A stretch of DNA of 63,453 nt, filler included. It is 3 parts of 3 records of this genome, joined end to end, with 100 filler letters (N's around TTAATTAATTAA, not from the genome) between each part and the next. Parts side by side here need not be neighbours in the genome. Positions count along the whole stretch, not along the records: positions 1 to 30,932 come from SRR22947727_2442; positions 31,033 to 58,095 come from SRR22947727_2446; 1 more part is not named here. One strand, written 5' to 3'. Below the pieces are notes generated by a model, which worked only from the letters and a program-made list of their open reading frames with translations, searched no databases and was not told where the DNA came from. Both the position numbers and the translations under genes were made by a program. The stretch's first letter is position 1, and every line of letters starts with the position of its first letter. This document shows, piece after piece, positions 21,747 to 32,142 of the stretch.

Positions 21747-24700
21747 TTAATTTGGCGTCTTCTAATTGGGCTATTTTTGTTTCTGCTTCCCTAATTAATT
21801 CTGGGTATAGTGGAAAATTTTCTAATACATTCTGCCACAAATACTGGGCCTGAAATAAATCTTCTAAAGCATAAAAATTATCTCCCATAAGCAACAGCCC
21901 TTTAGCAGACCACAACTTAAAGGACCCATAATCACTGGCCAGTTCAAGCACCAATTCATTGGAAGCCTCATAATTTGCCGACGCATTTTTATAGTAGGCC
22001 AGCCAATACAAAGATTCTGCCACCAAGGCCCCTGAAGCGGAACCTCTAAGTGATTCATAAGCTGCAATGGCCGCTTGAGTATCTCCTTTATTATTTGCTC
22101 CTCTAGCCAACATAATTTGTGCGTCTTGCTTTATTTCTTCTGGCACCTCAGCAAGAGCCATAACCTCTTGGGCATAGGTTAAGGCAGCTTCTAAAGATTG
22201 GTCCTCATAACTCAAACGCATGAGATTAGACAAGGCATAGGCCTTGTTCGCTGGGTCTTGTGACCTAGACAACAATTGTTTTAAAGGGGTTTCTGGATTT
22301 TCCCCTAAGCCGTTTTCTAATTGCAGTTTTATATAAGCCACTAAAGCTGCTTCTGCGTGTATAGACTGTGCCTTGGCAACAATATCATAAAGCGGAAATG
22401 CTTTGCTATCTTGAGCTGTCTCGGTATATAAAAGCGCTAAATTATAACTGATACTTAAAGCATTTGCTCCATTGGGAAAATCTTTTAAATACTGTTCGAA
22501 TTTGCTGATTTGTTCTGCTTGACTCAGAGATCCCAAAGTCCTGTTTAATTGATCATAGGTCTGTTTTTCTAAAGAGGCTTCAGATTCTTGGGGCAAATTA
22601 AACTGGCCCACCCATTTTCTGTAATCACTTAATCGCCCCTGATCAATATAAATTCGTTTGGCTGCAGAAACAGCTTGAGAAAAAGAAGCCGATTTTGGAA
22701 AACGATTCACCAAGTCTTGGAGTGTTTTTAAAGACGCGTCTGCTTGTGATAAATTAAACTGTAACAATCCTTTTCTAAGCATGGCCTGAGGCAGTAGGTC
22801 ACTATTGGGAAATTCCTTTATAAGAAGGTCAAAATAAGTGATTGCCTCTGAGTTTCTTTCTTGTGCTGCTTCACTAAGTCCCAATTCTAAATAGACTTTT
22901 GGCAGATAACTGTGCCCTGGAAAACGGGTAGAAAAGGATACCAATAAGGCTATTTTTTTTGCTGTGTTTCCATTTAATCCTTGTGCCATAGCCTCGTTGA
23001 ATAAAGCATAAGGGACTGCTTGGGGCTGCTCCCGCGCTACGGATACATAACTAGAAATGGCTTTTGAAAATTGGCTACTGCTGTAATAGGCGTCTGCTAT
23101 TCTCAGGGCTGCTTGATTCCGCTCTGTCTCCAATTCAGTCATTGACTGGGTCTGGCTTATAAATTGCTTAAAAGCAGTAATGGACTTTGTAAATTCTTTT
23201 GTTTTAAAAAAAGCATATCCCTTTTGGTAGGGGAGTAATAAGCGCAATCGATCCGGCAATAGCGATTCATTTTTTATGGCTGCTAAATAGTCAAATGCAT
23301 TAGAATACGCATAGGTTCTTAGGGCTAGTTCGGACTGCCAAAAAAGCGCTTCTACCGCTGCTTCTGAATAGGTGTCTAGGGCAATAAGTGCCTCAAAATA
23401 GCCTTGAGCCAAAGTCATTTGCTTTTGGTCAATGGCCATGAGTCCTGCCTGTAAGCCTATCTGTTGTCTGGCCTTTATATCGTTTGGATTCCGTTGGGCC
23501 AAAAGCGCCAAAGCGCCCTTGAAGTCCCCCTCTGACAAACTGGCCTCCAGAAGTAATTCCTCTAGTGATGCTGTTCTTGAATCTTTGGGATAAGCCCTGA
23601 TAAATTGGTCAAAAACTTCCTGAAGGGATGCATAAGGGTTCCCAATTTCATAGCTGAGTTGGGCATAATTATAGCGGGCTTCTTTTTGAATTTCTATGTT
23701 AAAATTAAGGTCTGCCGCTCGCTTAAATGCATTGAGTGCCTGCGATTTTTGGCCTTCTTTTAAATAAGCTGCAGCCAACAAATAATAAGCGTTCTGAACC
23801 AAATCTGTTTCTTGGCTGAGAATCTTATTGAGCTGGGCAATGGCTTCTTTTGATTGGCCCGTTATATAATAACAATACCCTAATTGATAGTAATCCTCTG
23901 CACGCCAAACCCTTCTATTCCCCCTATAATCTAGTAAATACAGGATGGCTTTTTCATACTGCTGAAGGCTAAAATACGCCTCTCCTAATACCTTACTCAA
24001 CTGGGAGACTTCCGATCTATTGGCCTTGGGCAAGTAGCCTATTGCAGACTGAATGGCAGACTGATAGTTGCCTTCTCTAAAATAAATGTCGGCCATAAAA
24101 TAAGGAAGCCTGTCTGTTTTTAAACCTGAAAAATCACTTTGAAACAAATCCTTAGCAATTTTATAATCTCCAGAGGCATAGGCCATATAGGCTTTGTAAT
24201 AAACAACTGCTTTTGCATAATCGCTGCTAACTAATATTTTACTAAACAGATCTTCTGCGGCTTTGTAGTCTTTACTCGCGAATTTACAATAGCCATAATA
24301 AAAATAATAATCCTGTTGTTCCTTTGTGGAAAGACCTCCAATAGTGACTTTTTGAAACCAAGGCAATGCTTTTGAATATTGGCCTACCTTAAAAAAAGCC
24401 CCCCCTGCTTTAAAATAAATCTGATTGGCCCCTAAGGCATTCGGGTAGTTTTTTACAAAATCTGAGGCGAGAGATATGGCTTTAGAATCTTCCATGCCAA
24501 TGGCAGCCAACACCTCTATTTCTGCCGCTTTTTGGGCCACCACTTTATCTGGATGGTCTTTTAAATCAACCACTATCGCTGCCACCACAGAATAGCGTTT
24601 GCCTTGAAGCCATTGTTGGGCCACATTCAACTGTTGTTGGGCATGAGAATCTCCTAAATGAACTTGTGCTAAAAGGGAGATAGGTGCTAATAACAGCACT

Positions 24701-24762
24701 AATAAACAACGACTAAAAAGAGACAATCTCATGGACATAACACTATTAAAAAGGGAACTCAC
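21727..24762 (-). CDS. Large secreted tetratricopeptide-repeat protein
   Basis: Signal peptide and many TPR-like repeats (YYQLGYCYY, AYYLLAAAYL, LRIADAYY). Confidence 0.9.
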   Translation of the reverse strand: MSSLFNSVMSMRLSLFSRCLLVLLLAPISLLAQVHLGDSHAQQQLNVAQQWLQGKRYSVVAAIVVDLKDHPDKVVAQKAAEIEVLAAIGMEDSKAISLASDFVKNYPNALGANQIYFKAGGAFFKVGQYSKALPWFQKVTIGGLSTKEQQDYYFYYGYCKFASKDYKAAEDLFSKILVSSDYAKAVVYYKAYMAYASGDYKIAKDLFQSDFSGLKTDRLPYFMADIYFREGNYQSAIQSAIGYLPKANRSEVSQLSKVLGEAYFSLQQYEKAILYLLDYRGNRRVWRAEDYYQLGYCYYITGQSKEAIAQLNKILSQETDLVQNAYYLLAAAYLKEGQKSQALNAFKRAADLNFNIEIQKEARYNYAQLSYEIGNPYASLQEVFDQFIRAYPKDSRTASLEELLLEASLSEGDFKGALALLAQRNPNDIKARQQIGLQAGLMAIDQKQMTLAQGYFEALIALDTYSEAAVEALFWQSELALRTYAYSNAFDYLAAIKNESLLPDRLRLLLPYQKGYAFFKTKEFTKSITAFKQFISQTQSMTELETERNQAALRIADAYYSSSQFSKAISSYVSVAREQPQAVPYALFNEAMAQGLNGNTAKKIALLVSFSTRFPGHSYLPKVYLELGLSEAAQERNSEAITYFDLLIKEFPNSDLLPQAMLRKGLLQFNLSQADASLKTLQDLVNRFPKSASFSQAVSAAKRIYIDQGRLSDYRKWVGQFNLPQESEASLEKQTYDQLNRTLGSLSQAEQISKFEQYLKDFPNGANALSISYNLALLYTETAQDSKAFPLYDIVAKAQSIHAEAALVAYIKLQLENGLGENPETPLKQLLSRSQDPANKAYALSNLMRLSYEDQSLEAALTYAQEVMALAEVPEEIKQDAQIMLARGANNKGDTQAAIAAYESLRGSASGALVAESLYWLAYYKNASANYEASNELVLELASDYGSFKLWSAKGLLLMGDNFYALEDLFQAQYLWQNVLENFPLYPELIREAETKIAQLEDAKLNDDTDA

Positions 24763-24868
24763 AATCTAAACGCTTCATTTTTAATTAAAGTATAAAGGAA
24801 CGGAAAATTAAAAAACCTAGAGCGGGTTACAAAAGAACTTAGTACATTTATATCCACAATTTTAACAG

Positions 24869-25552
24869 ATGCCCACGCCAATTTTAGACATTCAACACGC
24901 GACAATTTTTCAGGATCAAAATATGGTCCTTCAGGATGTTTCCCTTCGCCTAGAAAAAGGGACTTTCACTTACCTGATTGGAAAAACAGGAAGCGGAAAG
25001 AGCAGCCTAATGAAAACGCTTTACGGAGAAATTCCTCTAAAGCAGGGCTCTGGCCATATTGTAGGCATTAATTTGGTTGGCCTCAAAGAGGCCGATATTC
25101 CTTTTCTAAGGCGTAAAATAGGCATTGTATTCCAAGACTTTAAACTCCTTCCAGACAGATCTGTTTTAAACAACCTGCTCTTTGTACTCAAAGCTACCGG
25201 CTGGACAGACACTTTAAGGATGGAAGAAAAAGCCAATGATGTATTGGATAAAGTAGGCATGAAAACCAAAGGCTTTAAATACCCCCATGAACTCTCCGGC
25301 GGGGAGCAACAACGAATTGCCATTGCCAGGGCGCTACTCAATGACCCTGAATTGATCTTAGCAGATGAACCTACTGGAAATCTAGACCCTCAAACAAGTG
25401 CAGAGGTCATGAAAGTCCTCACAGAGATTCACCAAAATGGCAAAACCATTTTAATGGTCACCCATGACTATGCACTGCTTTTAAAATTCCCCTTCAAAAC
25501 CCTAAAATGCGAAGACAGCAAAATCTTTGAGGTGGTTCAAAAAGCGCTGTGA
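24869..25552 (+). CDS. ftsE: FtsE-like ABC ATP-binding protein
   Basis: GKTGSGKS, LRRKIGIVFQDFKLL, LSGGEQQR, ADEPTGNLD; no adjacent ftsX. Confidence 0.8.
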   Translation: MPTPILDIQHATIFQDQNMVLQDVSLRLEKGTFTYLIGKTGSGKSSLMKTLYGEIPLKQGSGHIVGINLVGLKEADIPFLRRKIGIVFQDFKLLPDRSVLNNLLFVLKATGWTDTLRMEEKANDVLDKVGMKTKGFKYPHELSGGEQQRIAIARALLNDPELILADEPTGNLDPQTSAEVMKVLTEIHQNGKTILMVTHDYALLLKFPFKTLKCEDSKIFEVVQKAL

Positions 25553-25594
25553 TATTTTTTTTGTTTCTTTGTTTTGCTAAAGCAATACGCATAC

Positions 25595-26332
25595 ATGGAA
25601 GTACTAGGAATAGACATTGGAGGTTCGGGAATTAAAGGCGCATTGGTCAATACACAAACTGGGGCCATGCTTACAGATCGGTTTAGAATCCTTACACCTA
25701 GCTCCAGAAAGCCAGATGAAATGGCAGAGGTAGTAGCACAAATTGCCAAACACTTCGATTATTCAGGACCCATTGGCGTGGGTTTTCCCAGTATTGTAAA
25801 AAAAGGCATTTGCAAGAGCAAAGGAAACCTTCACAAATCATGGGTAGGCGTTAATATCATTGGTCTTTTTGAAAGACATACAGGCGCTAAGGTATTTGTA
25901 AACAATGATGCAGACGCTGCAGCCACTGCAGAAATGGCTTTTGGAGCCGGTAAAGACAAAAAAGGACTGGTCATGATGGTCACCATTGGAACGGGACTTG
26001 GCAGTGGCGCTTTTCTAGACGGGAAGCTCATTCCCAATTTTGAGTTGGGACAGATTCCTTATAAAAGTTACGATAAGATTGAGTTGTGGGCATCGGCGGC
26101 AGCCAAAGAAAAAGAAATGCTCTCCTTTAAAAGATGGGCCAAGCGATTCAATACTTTTCTAGAATACGTAGAGATTATATGCGCACCAGACCTCATTATT
26201 GTTGGGGGCGGAACTTCCAAGGATTGGGAACGATTTTCTGAACACATCTCTATTGAAACCCCTATTTTACCTGCTGAATTTTTAAATCAGGCGGGGATTA
26301 TTGGTGCGGCTATGGGCGCGGTACAGAAATAG
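25595..26332 (+). CDS. ppgK: Polyphosphate/ATP glucokinase (ROK family)
   Basis: GIDIGGSGIKGA, NDADAA, TIGTGLGS, PNFELG; start taken at ATG 25595. Confidence 0.85.
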   Translation: MEVLGIDIGGSGIKGALVNTQTGAMLTDRFRILTPSSRKPDEMAEVVAQIAKHFDYSGPIGVGFPSIVKKGICKSKGNLHKSWVGVNIIGLFERHTGAKVFVNNDADAAATAEMAFGAGKDKKGLVMMVTIGTGLGSGAFLDGKLIPNFELGQIPYKSYDKIELWASAAAKEKEMLSFKRWAKRFNTFLEYVEIICAPDLIIVGGGTSKDWERFSEHISIETPILPAEFLNQAGIIGAAMGAVQK

Positions 26333-26354
26333 TCATATCACTATTTTAAAAATA

Positions 26355-26381
26355 AAAAGGTCCGCTAAAAGCGGGCCTTTT
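26355..26381. terminator. Bidirectional intrinsic terminator
   Basis: AAAAGGTCCGCT AAA AGCGGGCCTTTT between convergent genes. Confidence 0.75.
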
Positions 26382-26400
26382 CTATACATTCAAATTGCGA

Positions 26401-28200
26401 TTAGGCAATTTTATTTCTCTTTCTATCTACTTCTGTAAGGTGTATTTTTCTCAACCTTAAGAACTTTGGTGTTACCTCTACGTATTCATCTTTTTGGATG
26501 TATTCTAAAGCCTCTTCTAAAGAGAATTTAATAGCAGGTACAATCTTAGCCTTATCGTCTGCTCCAGAAGAACGTACGTTAGAGAGCTTCTTTGTTTTAG
26601 TTACGTTAACCGCCATGTCGTCTCCACGAGAGTTCTCACCAATCACTTGGCCTTCATAAATATCTTCTCCTGGATCTACGAAAAACTTACCTCTATCCTG
26701 AAGTTTATCTATTGAGTAAGGGATGGCTTTTCCTAATTCCATAGAAACTAGTGATCCGTTTTGTCTCATTGGAATGTCGCCTTTCATAGGCTGATACTCC
26801 AAAAACCTGTGCGCCATAATAGCCTCACCTGCAGTAGCCGTTAATAATTGGTTTCTAAGCCCAATAATACCTCTAGAAGGGATTAAAAACTCACACACCA
26901 TTCTCTCTCCTTTGGCTTCCATAGAAGTCATTTCTCCTTTTCTCATTGAAACCATCTCTACTGCCCTTCCAGAAACTGATTCTGGTAAGTCAATAGTCAA
27001 GAACTCAATAGGTTCACATTTAACACCATCAATTTCTTTGATAATTACTTGAGGCTGACCAATCTGAAGCTCGTAGCCTTCTCTTCTCATGGTTTCAATA
27101 AGTACAGAAAGGTGCAATACCCCACGTCCAAAAACCAAAAACTTGTCTGCTGAATCTGTTTCGTTTACCCTTAGGGCTAAATTCTTCTCTAGCTCTCTGG
27201 TCAAACGCTCTTTGATGTGTCTAGACGTTACAAACTTTCCATCTTTTCCAAAGAATGGGCTGTCGTTAATAGTAAACAACATACTCATAGTGGGTTCATC
27301 TATGGCAATAGACGCCAATTTTTCTGGTGCCTCGAAATCTGCCACAGTATCTCCTATCTCAAATCCTTCAATACCTACTAGGGCACAAATATCTCCAGCT
27401 ATTACCTCTGGTACTTTTAAACGGCCCAAACCTTCAAAAGTATACAATTCCTTAATTCTTGATTTCACAATACTTCCATCTCTTTTAACCAAAGAAATGG
27501 GCTGGCCTTCTTTTAAAGTCCCTCTCTGTAAACGACCAATCGCGATTCTTCCCGTAAATGAAGAAAAATCTAAAGAGGTAATTAACATTTGCGTATTTCC
27601 TTCCTTCACTTCAAAGGTTGGAATATGCTCAATAACCATATCTAAAAGGGGCTCTATATTTTCTGTAATATTTTTAGGGTCGTCGCTCATCCAGTTGTTC
27701 TTAGCTGAACCGTAAACAGTTGGAAAATCTAACTGCCACTCTTCTGCACCCAATTCATACATGAGGTCAAAGACTTTTTCGTGTACCTCTTCTGGTGTAC
27801 AGTTTTCTTTGTCTACTTTATTGATCACCACACAAGGTTTTAATCCCAAGTTAATGGCTTTCTGTAATACAAATCTAGTTTGAGGCATTGGTCCTTCAAA
27901 GGCATCTACCAATAACAACACACCATCTGCCATGTTTAAAACACGTTCTACTTCACCACCAAAATCTGCGTGACCTGGAGTGTCAATAATATTAATCTTA
28001 GTTCCTTTGTATTGAACTGAAACGTTTTTAGAAACAATGGTAATTCCGCGTTCTCTTTCTAAATCGTTGTTGTCTAGAATGAGGTCTCCTGTTTGTTGGT
28101 TATCACGAAATAACTGACAGTGGTACATGATTTTGTCTACCAAGGTAGTTTTACCGTGGTCTACGTGGGCAATAATGGCAATGTTCTTTGTATTAGACAT
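26401..28200 (-). CDS. typA: Translational GTPase TypA/BipA
   Basis: AHVDHGKTT, DTPGHADF, GRGVLHL, C-terminal LEEALEYIQKDEYVEVTP; TATCTTTG element at 28243-28250 (-). Confidence 0.97.
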   Translation of the reverse strand: MSNTKNIAIIAHVDHGKTTLVDKIMYHCQLFRDNQQTGDLILDNNDLERERGITIVSKNVSVQYKGTKINIIDTPGHADFGGEVERVLNMADGVLLLVDAFEGPMPQTRFVLQKAINLGLKPCVVINKVDKENCTPEEVHEKVFDLMYELGAEEWQLDFPTVYGSAKNNWMSDDPKNITENIEPLLDMVIEHIPTFEVKEGNTQMLITSLDFSSFTGRIAIGRLQRGTLKEGQPISLVKRDGSIVKSRIKELYTFEGLGRLKVPEVIAGDICALVGIEGFEIGDTVADFEAPEKLASIAIDEPTMSMLFTINDSPFFGKDGKFVTSRHIKERLTRELEKNLALRVNETDSADKFLVFGRGVLHLSVLIETMRREGYELQIGQPQVIIKEIDGVKCEPIEFLTIDLPESVSGRAVEMVSMRKGEMTSMEAKGERMVCEFLIPSRGIIGLRNQLLTATAGEAIMAHRFLEYQPMKGDIPMRQNGSLVSMELGKAIPYSIDKLQDRGKFFVDPGEDIYEGQVIGENSRGDDMAVNVTKTKKLSNVRSSGADDKAKIVPAIKFSLEEALEYIQKDEYVEVTPKFLRLRKIHLTEVDRKRNKIA

Positions 28201-28395
28201 AAAGTGCTTATTTATAGATTACTTAGCTCCGCTAAGCGCGCGCAAAGATACTCCTATTTTTAATCAGGTGGGTAATTAATTTGCTTTTTTATTGTTTTAA
28301 GCCTGTTCGTTGCGGGATTAGTTTGCCTGAGTGAAAGAAACCCTTGGGTGTAAATAGATAAAAAAGGAATATCTTTGCCCTTTAAAACAGTTCTT

Positions 28396-29217
28396 ATGCA
28401 ATTAGATTTAATTCCACAGATTAAGCACACTAAAAGTGATAATTTCTTTCTTTTATCTGGTCCTTGTGCCATTGAAGGAGAAGATATGGCGCTTAGAATT
28501 GCAGAGAAAATTGTTCGTATAACAGATGCTTTAGAGATTCCTTATATCTTTAAAGGAAGTTTTAAAAAAGCCAACCGCTCTAGGGTAGATTCTTTTACCG
28601 GTATTGGAGATGAAAAGGCCTTAAAAATTTTACAAAAAGTATCTCAGACCTTTGGCGTACCCACAGTTACAGATATTCATGAAATATCAGATGCCGCTTT
28701 AGCCGCACAATACGTAGACGTATTACAGATACCTGCTTTTTTAGTAAGACAAACAGACTTAGTGGTGGCAGCTGCTAAAACAGGAAAAGTAGTGAACCTT
28801 AAAAAGGGGCAGTTCATGAGCCCAGAGAGCATGAAACATGCCGTTCAAAAAGTATTGGACAGTGGAAATAATCAAGTAGCCATTACCGACAGAGGTACCA
28901 TGTTTGGCTACCAAGATATGGTGGTAGACTTTAGGGGAATACCCACCATGAAAGCCTACGCACCTGTTGTATTAGATGTAACCCACTCTTTACAACAACC
29001 CAATCAAACTTCCGGCGTGACTGGCGGCAGACCAGACATGATTGAAACCATCGCAAGGGCCGGAATTGCTACCGGAGCCGACGGCATATTTATTGAAACC
29101 CATTTTGACCCCTCTAACGCCAAAAGCGACGGAGCGAACATGCTTCATATAGACCACCTAGAAAGACTACTGACAAATTTAGTGGCTATCAGAAAAACCG
29201 TTAAGGGCCTTAAGTAG
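28396..29217 (+). CDS. kdsA: KDO-8-phosphate synthase
   Basis: GPCAIE, KANRS, QIPAFLVRQT, KKGQF, DVTHSLQ; TATCTTTG at 28370-28377 favours ATG 28396. Confidence 0.95.
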   Translation: MQLDLIPQIKHTKSDNFFLLSGPCAIEGEDMALRIAEKIVRITDALEIPYIFKGSFKKANRSRVDSFTGIGDEKALKILQKVSQTFGVPTVTDIHEISDAALAAQYVDVLQIPAFLVRQTDLVVAAAKTGKVVNLKKGQFMSPESMKHAVQKVLDSGNNQVAITDRGTMFGYQDMVVDFRGIPTMKAYAPVVLDVTHSLQQPNQTSGVTGGRPDMIETIARAGIATGADGIFIETHFDPSNAKSDGANMLHIDHLERLLTNLVAIRKTVKGLK

Positions 29218-29219
29218 GC

Positions 29220-30425
29220 CTATTTCCCATTGACATAAGACGCTAGATAGCTGTAGCGATCTGTGAGCTTTCCGTTTTTGGTCATTTGAGCCCTTGCTAA
29301 AACACCGTCTTTATCTCCATTAAAAAATGCAGGAATTACATGGGTTAAAAAAGCAGCTCCAAAACCCTCAGAGGCATCTCTTGGCAATTCACAAGGAAGG
29401 TTGTCTACTGCCATAACAGCTATGGCATTTGGGTGCATAAAATCTATTTCTTTACCTGTCTCTCTATCTATGCCATAAATTGGATCTGCAATGGTACTCG
29501 CCCTAAGGGTTGTTGGAATTGGGTGACCAATATCGCAGCTCACATCTGCTATTACAGACACTTTAAAATGAGGACCCTGAATGTCTTTGAGTTTAAAAAA
29601 TGCCGGAGCCCCTTGACCGTAAAAATGTCCTGCAATAAAAACATCTGCTTCTTCGGTGTAGGGTAAAAAGTTCGAGACATAAGCTTCTGGATTGTCAAAA
29701 AAATCCTTTTTGTCGCCAACAAGTCCGTCACTTCGCTTGTTGTATTCTAAAACATCTATCTGCGTATAAACAGGGCCTGTAAAATGCCTTCCCATAAAAT
29801 GATCCGGGCACACTTTCAATACCCCGGCAGCGTCTAATAATTCAGCAGCACCACTGCCAACCCTTCCTACTCCTGTAAGTACTACTTTAATTGGAGGGAG
29901 TGTAACCGACTTAATAGCAGCTATAAGTGCCTCTAGATCCCTTAAATCACTGGCTTTAGGCAATTCAAACAATTCATGCTTTAAACCATAGGCTCTTAGT
30001 CCATTGTAAGCACCTACCAATCCGGCATACCTTCCAAAAGCAACGAGTCTTTGGCCTCTGGCCGACGTAATGACCTCATGGTCAAAAAGACTGATGTTTT
30101 TTTCCAGCACCGCCCTTAATAAATCCCTGTTATAAGCTTGCTTTTTAATCGTATGAGAAAAGAAAAAGTATTTTTTATTCGCAATAAGCGCCTCAATAGG
30201 AACTTCTTTAACTCCTAAAAGCACTTCACAGTCTTCCATTGAAGCGGAAACAAGCAGCCCTTTTTCTTGATATTCATGGTCTTTAAAAACCCTTATATCC
30301 GAGGGCTCTACAATTATTTGTGCATTAGAATACTCATCCTTAATGACTTGACAAAATTCAGGCGTAAGTACAACTCTTTTGTCCGGTGGATTTTTTCGCT
30401 CTTTGATAATACCAAAAGAAGTCAT
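29220..30425 (-). CDS. AlaDH/PNT-fold oxidoreductase, saccharopine dehydrogenase / lysine-ketoglutarate reductase-like
   Basis: GVKEVP, FFSHTIKKQ, FGRYAG, DVSCD, AVDNLPCELPRDAS. Confidence 0.8.
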   Translation of the reverse strand: MTSFGIIKERKNPPDKRVVLTPEFCQVIKDEYSNAQIIVEPSDIRVFKDHEYQEKGLLVSASMEDCEVLLGVKEVPIEALIANKKYFFFSHTIKKQAYNRDLLRAVLEKNISLFDHEVITSARGQRLVAFGRYAGLVGAYNGLRAYGLKHELFELPKASDLRDLEALIAAIKSVTLPPIKVVLTGVGRVGSGAAELLDAAGVLKVCPDHFMGRHFTGPVYTQIDVLEYNKRSDGLVGDKKDFFDNPEAYVSNFLPYTEEADVFIAGHFYGQGAPAFFKLKDIQGPHFKVSVIADVSCDIGHPIPTTLRASTIADPIYGIDRETGKEIDFMHPNAIAVMAVDNLPCELPRDASEGFGAAFLTHVIPAFFNGDKDGVLARAQMTKNGKLTDRYSYLASYVNGK

Positions 30426-30502
30426 AGGCTTTATTTTATTCCTCTAATTTAAGAGGATTTCGCAGGCTTGGCAAACTTTTTACTAACTTTGCCGGTTCCT
30501 AC

Positions 30503-30896
30503 GGGGCCGACCGGTTTTGACAGCGAGGCCAATTGGGATGTAAGCATGCCGAGCGCTGAATTACAGCTCGTAAATCTCATTTTTCACACTTTTAATAGGC
30601 GAGAATAACTACGCTCTAGCTGCTTAATCCGAATTATAGTAGGATTTAGCCACGTCCTTACAAGGTAGGGAGGCCAGATGTTCCTGAGAAGCCCTTGTTG
30701 TTGGCGTCTCAATCCGGAACACCATCAAAAGCAACATAGAGAGATTAAGGCTTCGGTAATCTCTTAAAACTAAAGAAGCTAAGGTTGTGTTGGGCGGTTT
30801 TCGGTCAGGCACCTCACGAAAATCAATCGAAAACTAAGCATGAAGAAAGCATTGTAATTGCTTGTTTGGACGAGGGTTCGACTCCCTCCGGCTCCA
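30503..30896 (+). ncRNA. ssrA: tmRNA; tag peptide GENNYALAA* at 30598-30627
   Basis: 5' GGGGCCGACCGGTTTTGAC, 3' T-arm GAGGGTTCGACTCCCTCCGGCTCCA, internal tag ORF; TAACTTTG promoter element at 30484-30491. Confidence 0.96.
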
Positions 30897-30906
30897 CTTA
30901 ACGCAC

Positions 30907-30932
30907 AAAAACCCACTCCTAGGAGTGGGTTT
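30907..30932 (+). terminator. Intrinsic terminator after ssrA (cut by the contig end)
   Basis: AAACCCACTCCT/AGGAGTGGGTTT perfect inverted repeat. Confidence 0.8.
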
Positions 30933-31032
30933 NNNNNNNNNNNNNNNNNNNNNNNNNNNNNNNNNNNNNNNNNNNNTTAATTAATTAANNNNNNNNNNNN
31001 NNNNNNNNNNNNNNNNNNNNNNNNNNNNNNNN
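30933..31032. other. Artificial contig spacer
   Basis: 44 N + TTAATTAATTAA (stops in six frames) + 44 N. Confidence 0.98.
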
Positions 31033-32142
31033 ATATACCGGTGCGACCGGAACTTCTCCAGTGCCTGGCAAACTAATGCCTATATTTGCCATCTTAGACT
31101 CTCCAGGGCCGTTTACTACACAACCCATGACTGCCACTGTCATGCTTTCTACATCATTATATTTCTTTTCCCATTTGGGCATAGTTTTTCTTAAATAACT
31201 TTGTATTTCACCTGCCAATTCTTGGAAATAGGTTGAAGTTGTTCTGCCACAACCTGGACATGAAATCACTAATGGCGAAAAAGAACGCATGCCCATCGTC
31301 TGCAATAGCTCTTGCGCAACAATCACCTCTTTTGTTCTAGACTCTTCTGGTTCAGGGGTTAGTGAAATTCGAATCGTATCCCCAATTCCATGCTGCAAAA
31401 GATAACCCATTGATGCTGCAGACGAAACAATACCTTTTGAACCAATACCAGCCTCCGTTAAACCTAAATGGAGAGGGTAACTACATCTTTTAGATAGGTT
31501 TGAATAAACTTCAATTAAATCTTGAACATCACTGACCTTGCAAGATACAATAATTTTATTGCTGGAAAGACCCAGTTTTTCTGCTGCTTTAGCACTATCA
31601 ATTGTAGACCTTATTAAGGTTTCTTTCATTACTGCCTGAGATGTTAATGGATTTTTTAACTTTCCATTGTCATCCATCAATTGTTTTAAAAGATCTTGGT
31701 CTAAGCTCCCCCAATTAACTCCAATACGTACTGGTTTATCATAATCTATAGCAAATTTAATCATTTCAGCAAATTGTTCATCTCTTTTACTACCCCTACC
31801 GACATTACCTGGATTGATTCGATACTTATCAAGTGCTTTTGCGCAATCAGGGTATTTTTGTAATAATTTATGCCCGTTAAAATGAAAATCGCCCACAATA
31901 GGTGCATTGCATCCATTATCAACTAGTTCTTTTTTTATATCAGAGACTGCTTTAGCTGAATCTTCGTCATTTACAGTAATCCTGACCATTTCTGAACCCG
32001 CCTGCCAAAGTTCTAATATTTGAGCGACTGTTTCTTTTTTATTAAATGTATGCGTGTTAGTCATCGATTGAACAACAATAGGCGCCCCTCCCCCTACAGC
32101 AATGTCACCAACCATAACTTGGATTGTATTTTTTTTTATCAT
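31033..32142 (-). CDS. ispG: HMBPP synthase IspG, 3'-truncated by the contig end
   Basis: [51 protein letters not shown] 32142 overlaps the rlmN stop (ATGA). Confidence 0.96.

Noticed and set aside
27089-27715. Long antisense ORFs (also 10487-10978, 60837-61370 and others)
   Set aside because: They are shadows of well-supported genes (typA, secDF, tonB) and show no recognisable motifs.
30624-30812. 62-aa ORF
   Set aside because: Lies antisense inside the tmRNA.
30977-30988. TTAATTAATTAA (also at 58140-58151) as a biological repeat
   Set aside because: Six-frame stop linker centred in fixed N runs.
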